64,000 bases of DNA from Halocafeteria seosinensis (taxonomy: Eukaryota): positions 1 to 64,000 of the forward strand of contig LVLI01000249.1 in assembly GCA_001687465.1 (NCBI GenBank), given 5' to 3'. Of the stretch, positions 42,819 to 54,571 are shown in pieces. The notes below the pieces were generated by a model. The model did no database searches, was not told the DNA's origin, and saw only the letters and a list, made by a program, of their open reading frames with translations. Both the position numbers and the translations under genes were made by a program. Position 1 is the first letter of the stretch; the number at the start of each line of letters is the position of its first letter.

Positions 42819-44005
42819 TTTGGTTGAAGTTAGGATGTCGACGTGTCTATCTTTTCAAGCACATTCAGCTTTATAGTACCCTAGTGCACTATTCCTCTAC
42901 CAATTCTGTCACATCCCGAAAAGTATTTCGAACTCATTATACACCTTACATACAGTCAATGAACCCGGTCCCTTGAAGTGACTCCCTTTTCGCGAGTTCA
43001 ACTTGAACGAGGAAGTCAGCGAAGCGAAGGAAGCGTCATTGGCGGTCAATTTTTGTGTATTGCTGCAGGTGCATTATTTCATTGACTTGTTGTTTGAGTG
43101 TTGAAAGCACGACGTTAGGACAAACTGGAGTGCTTAAGGTATTTCAGAGTTCCGCGAAGAAACCGGACCCGCACATGCATGACTGAATTGATTACAATGG
43201 ATGTTTGTACTCCCAAGGATAGAATGGAACGCCAGTCAACGTGGTTAGGGTTAGGATTACTGAAAGTGTACTTGGAGACGTGGCACCAATAGCGAAAAGC
43301 GGGTGGCGTCCGCGGTCTTCGTGAACAGTAAAATAGTGGAATAGGTGGCAACTGGAAACAATAAAGTTAACGAAAGTGAACACTAGCGGTTTGCGCACCA
43401 TGTCGGTCATATCCTGGTTGCACTCTTCCAGTGGCATTCTGTTTTAACTTGCGGATTGAGGCCGCAAAGCCAGTAGTTGGGTTTTCTTGCGATTGAGTTG
43501 GTCAATAGTCTCATCGAGGCCCGAACCCTACTCTCCATGCTACTCTCAATGCCGCCGTGTGTGTGTATTGGTATTGCTCCTACCGGAAGACCTACAGTAC
43601 GCTACACCGTGTGAGAGGTGAACCGTAGTAGGTTACCGTACCCGGAACCGCTCCAACATCTTCACGTCAAAGAAGTGGATTAGGCGCCAACGCAACAGCA
43701 ACAAATGGTATTCATTTGCTACCGCCAATAGAATTGTTGAAAATTGATGGTAGTGAGTTGAAAGCACCACGTGTTATCAGTTCGGGGCAACTACAGTAGA
43801 GTATCATTTGGTGTATTCTTGCTCTGAACACCGCCGCAGTATGGGAATCTTAACTGCTAAACTACCATGATAGAAAAAATTAGCTTATGGCGACCGGAAT
43901 TTCTTTCATAAAATCTGTAATAGAGTCTTTGGGCAGAGACTCCGCAGAGTAAGGCCAGTTGTCCAAACCAGGCCCCGACCATTTGGCAGATACTCCGCAC
44001 CTTTC

Positions 44006-44887
44006 TCACACATCATTGCTACCAAACGCAGAAAGAGGTTCACCAAAATTGATGTACGGAGGTCTTGCCAGTACCCTCTTTTTCAGGTGCTGCGAGAACG
44101 TTTGAACCACTTTCGACACTCGTTTCCCCGTATATAAACTTTTTGCTGCATCTATACAATCAGAGCGACGGACTATACCATGACTGCCTTGACAGGGTGT
44201 ATCGAAGTATGTACTCATAACCGTTAGCGGGTCGACGGATGATTTGTCCGGGGTCCTTAGGATCGACCTCTCCGTGAGTGGATCATCAGGGTCGCAGTTT
44301 CGGATGAAACTGATAGTCCACTCACACTGGATACAGGTAAGAAGTCCTACCAGTCGTTTCGTCGTTGGGTACTGTATCGTAATCTTGTGGCCGTTTACTT
44401 GATGTGTAGAGAAGGATCGGTGACGGTACTCTTGGATGATCTCCTTTACTGCTTCACGTCCAAGTCGCAGGGAGCCGTCCTCTACATCACCAAAACTTTC
44501 GTTCGGAGCAAGAAAAACGGGGCTCGGACTCGGGCTTAAATTACCATCAAACGGGTCGTCTTGGAAACAATAGTCCATACAGGCCTCTGCGCTACGACGG
44601 TATTCAATAACGCCTCGTGTACTTAACTGCCTTGGTGTCTTCGAGAACGTACCCCTCGAACGTGCAAGATCGCTATTCGTCCAGTTTGAGACGCTGCTGT
44701 TCGTGTGGAAGGGATCGAATTCGTGTTCATCCAATGAGACTGAGTAGTCATCATCCAAGCTGTCGACGAACGAGTCTGGAGAAACATAGACATATGGATG
44801 AATACGACATTGGGTCATAACGGCTTCCAAGCATTGCCCCCTAAAGCAGGCGTCCACAATTGCCCCTAAAGCAGGCGCTTTAATCAT
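44006..44887 (-). CDS. Hypothetical protein, 293 aa
   Basis: ATG-initiated 293-codon ORF with no recognised domain; small direct repeat at the 5' end. Confidence 0.45.
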   Translation of the reverse strand: MIKAPALGAIVDACFRGQCLEAVMTQCRIHPYVYVSPDSFVDSLDDDYSVSLDEHEFDPFHTNSSVSNWTNSDLARSRGTFSKTPRQLSTRGVIEYRRSAEACMDYCFQDDPFDGNLSPSPSPVFLAPNESFGDVEDGSLRLGREAVKEIIQEYRHRSFSTHQVNGHKITIQYPTTKRLVGLLTCIQCEWTISFIRNCDPDDPLTERSILRTPDKSSVDPLTVMSTYFDTPCQGSHGIVRRSDCIDAAKSLYTGKRVSKVVQTFSQHLKKRVLARPPYINFGEPLSAFGSNDV

Positions 44888-46344
44888 GCAATGGTCTCAT
44901 AGCATAACCTGACTTATTACTGAGTATATCAGTTATTAATTTGCGAACGGTTGTTATATGCGAGCTTACCCATTTGGTGCACAATGTAGTAGCTGTACTA
45001 AGCCGAACCACTGGGTAATAATTTGCTGGTTAGAATGGGAGGCGCAGACGCTATTGGCGCAAAAATGCAGCTTCACTGGATAACGGGAACATACCATTTA
45101 AAATAGCAAACTCGTAGACATGGAATGAACTTGCACGTGGATGCGAGGAACTTTCGGTGAATCACAGCGAGCGAGTGTGTTCTGCCCGCAGCTAGCTATG
45201 CCTCACACTGCAGTCCACACTTCCTCATATACCTCACAGTGAAGCCCACACTTCTACACCTCACGGAAGAGAGCTCAGTAAAGATCGTGTACTAGTTTAT
45301 TTAAGTCGCTATACGCCTGCACCCGAACACCAATGGCTTACCAAAGACGGAATTTGGGGCTAGCTGCTCACCCACTCGAATACCGGTACAGTGTGCAGTA
45401 TCTCCCGACTTCGGTAGCAGGACATTCTGCAGACAGCCGTATCGATAGCTCCACTTATTCGCTGTATTCCCATCACTCACATCACTGAAGCCTAAATTGA
45501 TTTTGCGTATTGCAGGGGCAATACATGTATTGACGATGTGTTGAGCGCAGTGGAAAGCGGGAATGTGACGGAGCCACCGACCTTCTTTCTCGCCGAATTT
45601 CTTGGTTACTTCGGTGGGATGAAATGATGGGGTCTGGCTAACAAGCAGTAGCGTTAAAAACTGGATGGGTGCGTTTAATAGCCTAAAGGAATGCAAGCGA
45701 GAAGCTCACGGACCCTTATTAATGATCAATGTTACACGTGGTAGGTGGTTGGTTGTAGAAGAGAATCTGTCGTCCGTTCCAATGTTGCTAGTGTAGAGAA
45801 TTCACAAATTTAAGACATACACGTCTTCCGGAAGGAGCAGTACTGTATTGTACAGTGTAATACACACGGGAGACACCCCTCCTCCCTCTCTTCAAGAACA
45901 CACTACATGCGCACTTCACCCAACTGATGGATCCGAAGTGAGAGTGACTTGCGAGGGAATACTACATGTACTACCAGGTAGTTGTGTGTATTATTTATGG
46001 CGTAGGGGATCTTCACGCCGTCGAAGATCTCCCCAGGGCCCTCCGGCATTGTCTACCACTGCGCTCACCAACATTCGGACTCTTTGTGAGCATGAGGTTC
46101 TTCATACGTACAGTATCCTCTCAGAGCGTCTTAGGCCTCGCTCCTCCGAAGTGGGCTCGCTATTTGCCACCGGGCCTTGTTCTTCTGCGTTTGCCTCGTC
46201 ACTGAGTCGAGTCGTCAGCCTTTCCCGTTCCTGGTATTGTTAGTTGGGTGCTCGAAGTCCCCCATTTTTATTCTGGCACAATAATGAAATATTAAAACGC
46301 GCTATGCCTCAAAGTGTAGGTGCTTTCATGACAACGGCTGGCAG

Positions 46345-48785
46345 CTATCGATAAGTATATATCATGTACGATGTCACCATACAGGCAATGGCGACGCCAA
46401 TTCCTGAGTCGTGAAACGGAAACGGTTGTAGCCTTTCTAATCTTTTAGACAAACTTCCCACATACCTATAATTTGCATGATTGAGTTTGCTAAATCCGTT
46501 GTGGTTCCTCGACAAAAGTGTATCACAGTTACCGCAATAGCAACAAAGAACCAGGATGCCTGGGTGTTTTCTTCTCTGAAAACATGAGACCGTTACTACG
46601 GTTAATAATCACTCCCAAAAGTTGTGCTCTAAACTGGAGTCACTTACATGAGCCTTTCATACAAGTAAAACAGAGACGTTGCCCCGAGTCCCGTTACCAA
46701 CGCTCCGGTAGCCACCAAATGAAATGCGTCTCCAACGCCCGCTTCGATTTCAAAAGAGTATAAACCACGGTATGTAAGAATACCACCACAAAGTAAATAT
46801 ATTACTCCGCTGATTGCATTTACAAAGAATCCTTTTACTGCGGGATGAACATCTCCACAGCAGACTTTATTGAATAAGGACGCAAAACTCCATGACAGGG
46901 CTAATGCTGCTGACAGCGTAATACCGGTAGCAATCCCTTGTCGGCTTCCAACATGGTAAAACGGTGTGGCCATCAAGTATGAGGCTGCTACGGCGCCAAT
47001 TAAGCAGATTCCCCGACCGACTATCATTCCTTTCCGTCTTCTCAGGTTAGCTTTATTGATAAGCTCCAACCGTGGTAGTCCGTTTTGTCCATATTGAACC
47101 AGTTCAGTGTTTACCGAGGTTTCGCAGCTTTCGATCAGAATAATTTTTAGCAACAGCGTCATAACAGGCGACAAACTGGCACCTGCAACAAGCACGGAAG
47201 TATCAACTAAATCTTCTGCAAAATTGATGAGAATCCCAGGTATATGCACTGTTAGAACGGAAAGGACGACCATTCTGCCTACGAACTCAGTTATTTCCGA
47301 TACTTTGGGGTACGCATAGCTTGGAAACAACCTCGCGAAGAAGATGCATGCTACCGAGCCAGCAAGCGTTTGTAGAAATAGTTCTAGAAAGGGTGTAAAG
47401 CGTTTTGTCAGTCGTGGTTGTCCGTGAGCAATGAACACTTGGGCTGCAACTAAGTAACAAAACAAATATGCTTTGAAATGATGGTGGAAATGTTGGAAAA
47501 GAAGTTGTGTCGTCTCTGCCTCACATATGCCTCTCCACGAACGTCGGAGGCGCTCGCAGCTCCTGGCGTCGTCGCGATCAATGGGGTAGTACTTTGAGAT
47601 GAGGTAATGCTCCCCTCCAGACTCATACACATCTGCCATTGACTCGCGGTCCTCCTCCCCGGCTTCATCCCATCCCTCTCTTTGCTCATCACCAAAAAAC
47701 TTTCTAGGCAGAGTATACGCATGCTCGTCTACATCTTGCTGCGGTTGCGGAAGTTCCACTGTCTCTAACTCTAAATCGTTTGATCCCTCTCCGACGTCTT
47801 GCAGACCATCATATTGAGTCCGCTCTTCCATTCTCATTGTCAGTTCTGGACTTGAGCTGCGAACGTCTCGAACCATGATCAAAAATATAGTGGCGTTTAG
47901 CGTACCATGTAGCGGTCCAAACAGGTCCTCAACCAGGCCAAGCACGAGGCTTTGTTTTCCCGTGAACAGAGTATAATACCGATTCACTGCTGGAAGTGCC
48001 CACACAATTATAAAAACTAGGACGAACGGAGCCAATTCCATAGCAATGTTCCCGGCAGTAAACAACATTAGAGGATCTTCGATTATGCCGTTTCCACTAA
48101 GTGTCACGTAATTACCATCGCTCAGCGAGTTCCTTGCGTGAGCCACTCGATTGACGTATCTGTGGCTCATAAACATGGCGAAAAAGCCACAAAAAATGCA
48201 AATGAGTAATGGAACGTAAAATATTATAATCCTATACAGTGAAAACTGCTCTCCAATCCAGCACCACGTCGTCTCGGTTGGCCCGAACGCGCCAATAGAT
48301 CCGGAGGTAACAATGGTGACAAAAGCTATGCCCCAGGAAAGTATCCCATATGACCAAATGAGTCCCCCAGCATTGAGTCGGATTTCTCCTGTGCTTCTTG
48401 CCTTGACTAATTTGTACATCATGTGCGCAAAGCACCCACTCCAAGCGAAAGACGCCACCGTGGTTTGTATAACCATACCCTGAGTGCGGCAAATACCACC
48501 GTCGTACGCAGTAAAGTTTTGAAACTGTGGCTGATACCGGCGCCTGGTAAAAGCGGACATCGCGAAGCCGGCAGAACTAATTGCATCCGCTACCGCTATA
48601 TTCATCACCAGAGACCGAAGTATAGAAACCGAACCAGTTCGACTTCGATGCAGGCAGATTGCAACGACTGCGATAGCACAAAGCATGGAAGCCACTCCGT
48701 GAGATGCGCTCACTTCTACAATGTTCTGTGCTGATCTTGTAACAACATCATGATTGTTTGTGTTACAAAGCTGTCTGTACTCCAT
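46345..48785 (-). CDS. GPCR-DMT fusion paralog A: cAMP-receptor/GCR1-like 7TM domain plus EamA/DMT-like transporter; exons 48785-46648, 46575-46466, 46403-46345 (~768 aa)
   Basis: GPCR motifs NIAVADAISS, ICRTQG...ASFAWSGCFA, YGILSWG, WCWI, FYVPL, FVLVFIIVWALP and PLHGTLNATIF; then an acidic linker; then ~10 hydrophobic helices with EamA-like LSPVMTLLL, GITLSAALALSWS and LFYLYERL; in-phase GT-AG introns. Confidence 0.8.
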
Positions 48786-49816
48786 TCTTCCATTGATAGC
48801 TCGGATTCCGTGCGTCACGAAAGCCGCTACTGGGTATTTTTTTATTTTTTTATTTTTTTTTCATCCGGCCAGTCTCATCACTTTATCACCCTCATGCAGA
48901 CGTTTATAATAGTCTCGTGGACAAACACACACTCTCACCCTCAAGAGAAAAGGGTGTGTTCGGTCAATTAATAGAAATACCGTACCCTGTTGCTGGGACA
49001 AATTGGACGGATAATGATTGAGCTTTGTATAACAATATAGCCACCCGAAAATGATGAGCCGATTTCTTCAATGAAACAGTCTGTGAAGAATAGTGCTCGT
49101 TCAGGGTCTCCTGGAATTAATCTGGTACAAATCTTGTTATACTTACGCTAAGAAATCTATACGTATACATCATGTGAGGTTCAAGGGAACTGCAAGTCAC
49201 AGCTGCGTGTGTTGTTGCAACGTATCTCCGAGAGAAGCCGCTGCCGACAATATGCTCAGACTGCTTAAAACGACATACGAAGTATAAAGGGTATATGAAG
49301 AATATCATATGCGAAGACAACTCAAGCTAGAGACTCTTCGTGCGGTGTCTCGAGTTTACGTCGGCATTCCTTCGAACTGACTATGCTGAGCTACATACAT
49401 ATCCCAGACATCAGCCTCCGTTCCCCCCCTGGAACTAGATCATCAAGACTGCGATATAATCTAGCCTAGGTATACTGAACCCTATAAGGCAATTCAGTAT
49501 GCGCATCCATGGGTAGGCAACAGAGCCTCACACACAAGGGAAGTTCACCGGCTAGCCCTAGGTAACCGTTACAAGTTCACGCCCGATAACCTACCGATAT
49601 ATCGCAAGCCAAATGGCTATCTCACATCCCATCCAGATTTTGGGTCATCGTATCAGATAGCGTACATGGCAAGGGGCGGGTCCCCGAGTTTGCGAGGCTT
49701 TCGATTTAATAAGTGTAGAACTCGAAGCAAGCATCCATTTTTTTTTTCATGACTGCCGATGACGAAATCTCTCCCCAGCTTTTCAGAGAAACATTTCTGC
49801 CATTTTACTGCTATGT

Positions 49817-52686
49817 ATGGTAGCTCTGCCGACTATGGGTCATAACCATTCCAAGCATTATTGGGGAGCGTGTTTGGATGCCGCCGACAAAGCGTTCGCT
49901 GAAGGAAAACTTGAACAAGCAGTAAGGAGATACGAGGATGCCATCGATAATAGAGTCGCGGAATCCCATCCCAATGAAAGCGACTATCTCGGATGCATAA
50001 TGTATATTAAGAAAGGAAGTGTTTTGCAAAGTCTAGATAGGGAGGATGAAGCTCTGGTGGCCTACGAGAAAGCACTCGAAATTAACCGACACTGCAAAGC
50101 AGCCCACTTGAATGCAGCTACTATACTTGCCAACAAAAGCGACACCCAGGGTGCACTCGACCACTATGAGAAGGCGATACGGATTGACCGCAACTTTAAG
50201 GAAGCACATTTCGGTAAAGGGCTCTTGCTGCAGTCCATACAGAAACATGAACAGGCCCAACGGTCTTTCCGGAGAGCCATTTGCATCGACCGACACTACC
50301 AATGCGCATACATCCGTCGCGCAGAATCTCTCATACGAATTGGAAAGGATGAAGAAGCTAAGGGTGACCTCAAATTCGCTTTGGAAATTGATTATTCGTC
50401 TGCGTCTGCACACTATCATCTATCGCGTGTCTTATTTAAGCAACAGCGTCACCAGAAGGCTCTTTGGCATGTGCGCCGTGCCACCAGGTTGGACACGCAG
50501 ATGAAAGAGGCATTTCTCTGCGAAGGATGGGTGCTGCATGCCGTGGGAGACTATGGCGAAGCAAGAGACGCATTTCTTCGTGCACTTCATGTCGATTCTC
50601 ATTTCAATGTTGCAAGAGATGGCTTGGTCTCCGCTTATGTTGCTGAAGGAGAGTCTCTAAAAAGCTCAGGAAGGCATGGGCAAGCTGTTGATCTTTACCG
50701 TCGTGCAGCAAAACTAGTATCATCCTATTTGCCGGATGGGAACGAAGTAGAAGTTTTGAAGCAGTATCTCGAACAGACGGCCAGACATTTAATATGCGAT
50801 GGTGGAAATCAAAGTGCATATCAAGAGGAACAAAACCCGAACCAGCATGGATCACGTTCGAATAACAACTTGGTGAATCAGTGGGATGCGTTGTGCCCGG
50901 ACAACTACCCTTATCAGAACGTGTCGTCCCCTCCCTATGAGGAGCGCAGTGAAACATCCAATATTGATGACACACAGGACGGAACAATTTCCTGTATTTC
51001 TCGTTCTCCATCCGAAGATTTTGTGCGGGAACCTAGGGGCGGTACATGTACGGGAACTGACGCCTCGCGGGATAGGGTCAAGGGCTTATATAACTCAAAG
51101 TGCGCTTATAGTTCGTCGGATCCCGATAAGTGGAACGTATCGCTTGGCGAGGAAGTTGCATCTAGTAAGGGTCTACTACAGCGGGTCTCTCCAGCGCGCC
51201 GGTCACCTCCCAATGACTGTCCTTTTGCAAACGCGTATCAGTCCGGTGATAAGGGAGATTGTCGACTGCTAAAATCTCATGAGGCCTTCCGATACGATGC
51301 GAACAGAGATACAGTTGAAATGAGCGAGCACACAACTTGCAGTACAAGAGGTAAGTGTAGTACTGTATAACCTTGCCGCGCCATCCTGCACTTTATCGAA
51401 CTCGGAAAAATCTGCAGTAGCTTCCGAGTGGTTCCAAACGCTCCCCGTTAAGACCGATGCATGGTCAACGCCAGGTTTGTCGAAACATTTACCGAGACGA
51501 TATGCTAGACAACCATCGCGGAGTCTCCATGCAGAAAACACTCCAGGATCGAGCACTACCCCTACCCCAGAGCATGGTAAGCTTCCCCATTGTGAGAAGC
51601 CTCAGAAACAAATGCAGTTCTCATCCAAGACTCATATTTGTATTTTTTCATGCAGCAACAAATCAAAACGGCATCGTGGTGGAAGGAGACGACACTGCCA
51701 CGAGTGCTTTGGAACCGTTCGAGAACGTATCCTGCGACGCCTCTGATTGCGCTTCTAAAAATAACACGTCAGTCGTTGAGAATCTTCCAAAGAACGCCAG
51801 TGGTACGGTCCATGCTGCCAACATAGAGAACAGTGCTCAAGCTGCTCTGGAAGAGAAGTTCGCTGAAGAACTCAAGCTTCTTTGGGAGAAAGTAGAAAAG
51901 CAAGAAAATGCAATAAAGTCAAAGCTTGGCAAGGACGAAATGATGCAAGTTGAAAAGGCTATCTGGAATGAGTTAGAGAGACGGTTGGAGGAGAAAATGG
52001 GAGCAGGAGAAGACTATGCAATAGCAAACGGAGAGAGCTTAACCGTAGTTCGAGAGCAAATGAGAACGATCCAGGATGACGAAACTTTGCTTGCCTATTA
52101 CCATACTTTTGATAACGTACTACAGTGCCATATAACGGCAGCACGAGCAATCGGAAGTAGTCGGATAGAAGGAGCACGCACTAGGTGCTCAACCGTCAAA
52201 GATCTCATACCATTCCCTCTACTTAAAGAAATAGTCCATTGGCTCGGTTTTGCGATCGACGTAGCTGTCAATTTCTCACGACAACGAAACGTTAACCGTC
52301 TTCTGTCCTGCGCAATTTCCACAGACCCCGAAAATGTAAGCAAAGTGCTGGCACGAAAAGTCGCATTACAGAAACAAAGTATGATTCGGAACGCCGACGC
52401 CGCCAAACAAGACTTAAATAATATGTTCTCACGCATCAAAGAAATTAGCGGCACAGCACAAGTAGGAGTTTGCTGCAAGAGACCGGCTCAAAAACTCGCA
52501 TTCAAAGACGCGTCGAAAGTTGTCTCCTTCTGCTGCACTGGCAAACTCGACACTGGATCAAATGTTCTTTTCCAACTCATTCACCTTGCCACGAGCGAGG
52601 ACCGCGTCGATGACAAGTTAGCTATCCTACCTAGACGAGTCGAAAAGGAAGAAAATGTTGATATCCGTGGTTGTCAGATCATGTAA
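49817..52686 (+). CDS. TPR-repeat protein with coiled coil, helical C-terminal domain and CaaX end; exons ~49817-51350, 51418-51576, 51656-52686
   Basis: About 8 TPRs (e.g. EALVAYEKALEIN, GALDHYEKAIRID, AHFGKGLLLQ); introns 51351-51417 and 51577-51655 join the two track ORFs in frame; ends ...RGCQIM*. Confidence 0.8.
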
Positions 52687-53130
52687 CTCGCCGACCACGA
52701 ACGCATCACCAATAGACCCATCGGCGCGGGAGGTTTGGACAGTGTGTACAACAGTGTGAACCAGTTAGAACCCACATTACGCGCCATTGACGGAGCGTTC
52801 GACGCATAAATCTATATCGGCTTAAGGCAAGCAATGACACAGGAGCACCTGAAGTCTGCAACTATCACCAAAAAAGCTGCGAACTTGACATTTCTCTTCT
52901 CAGAACAGGAATCACAGCTTACTGATACCGAACACATACAGTTATGAGGTGTCCTTTAGACCTTTGGAAATAGGAGCTGTTATGCTTGGATAGTGAAATT
53001 TTGCCCAATAGATAATCAACAAGGAGTCGGAATACCCGGAAATTCTCCTAGTGTGCTGTAAATACAAGTAGTTTTCATGGATCCAGTTCATCTCATCCCT
53101 TCCGTACATCTAATGATACGTACCCAAGTC

Positions 53131-54255
53131 TTACAACAAGGCGGTGAGCATTATTTTCATTTTCTCATACAGGACGAATGTCATCGTTGTTTGCGGAGCA
53201 ATACGAGCAAGTTGAGCTGCAGAGCCCTTCCATAGTGATAATACACCTTCTTGTAGGATCATTTTCCTTAAACAGTCTGCCGCACTGACATAGGCACGAC
53301 ACTGATATCGGCGGGTGTTAATCTGAAGCGGAGTTGTTTTACCAGCACAGGTAGACGCAGTTGAGGTGTTGGACCTCAGAGGCTCAAAGTAGTTACGTAC
53401 CACATCCAAGGGGCTTATTACGACAACCGTACATGTTGAAGCAAGCAGTGAACAGACTACGTGGAGAAAAGCGTGGTCTTGCAGTCGAGTTCGGCTTTGG
53501 CCAAATTCCTTTGCCGAGTGGTACACCATTAACTGGCTAACAGAGCTAACACCGACACGCAAGGCTGCGTAGACGAAGATATGGAGAATCAAAAAAATTC
53601 GTATCGATAATTATTACACAAACCTGCTGTGTTTGCTCCCCTGAAGAATCCAATGGCGCCCTCTCTACTGTAGATACCTCGTGTTGTCCTCGCAGTGAGC
53701 GATACTTGATCAATACCAGTCATGTCACTTGCCTGAAGGCGAGTTTTCACAAGTGCAAACGGAGAACTAACGAGAGCTGAGAGTGCTCCTGCAGTAAACG
53801 CAGCAATTGACCTGGATGCTAATTTTGTTTGTTGACTGGGTGAAGTTGCCCCGCTTTTTCCTGGGAGAAGCGTGCTCAGCCGGTCTTCAATATCACGGTA
53901 CAAGCCAAACCGACATCCATTGATTGCTGCAAAAATGAATGCGACATATAATACGGATTCAGTAATCAAAGTCACTCTCTCGCTCTCTCTTACTGAAATT
54001 GAAAAGTATGGCAGCTAGTACACCACGCTGGGTGCCGCTAATGCCTTCAGATTTGCCCAGCGAAATTAAAGTCTTGAGAAGACCTCCGCGGTTTCTGGAT
54101 GCGAGTTCCCTTGAAAGCTGTAGTCGCACTTTTGCGACGTCGAAAGGATTAGAAAAAATTGTCGCACTCCCAGATGCCAGAGCACCTGCTGCTGCTTCGA
54201 TCCCCGCAAAACTGGCTGCGGGCGTTGAATTCTTGGATACGTGGCTTTTTAGCAT
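53131..54255 (-). CDS. Mitochondrial carrier (SLC25), OAC1/SLC25A34-35-like, 3 exons
   Basis: Three carrier repeats: NPFDVAKVRLQL, SPFALVKTRLQA, SPLDVVRNY; INGCRFGLY; EGVLSLWKG...RIAPQTTMTFVLYE. Confidence 0.85.
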
Positions 54256-54571
54256 CGTTCAGAAGTGTTCCGTGGATAGTATGCAAACATCAGGGTGCTG
54301 TGCCAAATGACAATCTCTGTCACACTATCTGGTGTGTTGATTCAACACCTAGACTCCATACATCCTGGGAATCCCGTCTCTGGGTAAACGTTACATTGTC
54401 ACATCTTTCCCTCACATCTGTTTCCGCTCGTACACGATCAGTTGAGCAAAGTGCCTCCACCACTGCAGTACGAAGTGGTTCCCCATGACTACAATGCTAC
54501 TAGCCTCCTACGCTACAATATCGTGGTTAAGTCGGTGTGAATTTGTGTGTATTCTCAATATTGTGCTGGGG

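Noticed and set aside
42975..43070. Sm-site-like AATTTTTG with a stem-loop resembling U5 snRNA loop 1
   Set aside because: Loop reads CCUUUUCGC rather than the invariant GCCUUUUAC, and the T-run plus ctgcag fits an ordinary 3' splice site
44833..44877. 19-20 bp direct repeat at the 5' end of the 293-aa ORF
   Set aside because: Simple local duplication; might indicate a disrupted 5' end but cannot be shown
45200..45265. Degenerate ~30-bp tandem repeats (cctcac...ccacacttc)
   Set aside because: Only ~2.5 irregular copies without unique spacers; not CRISPR-like
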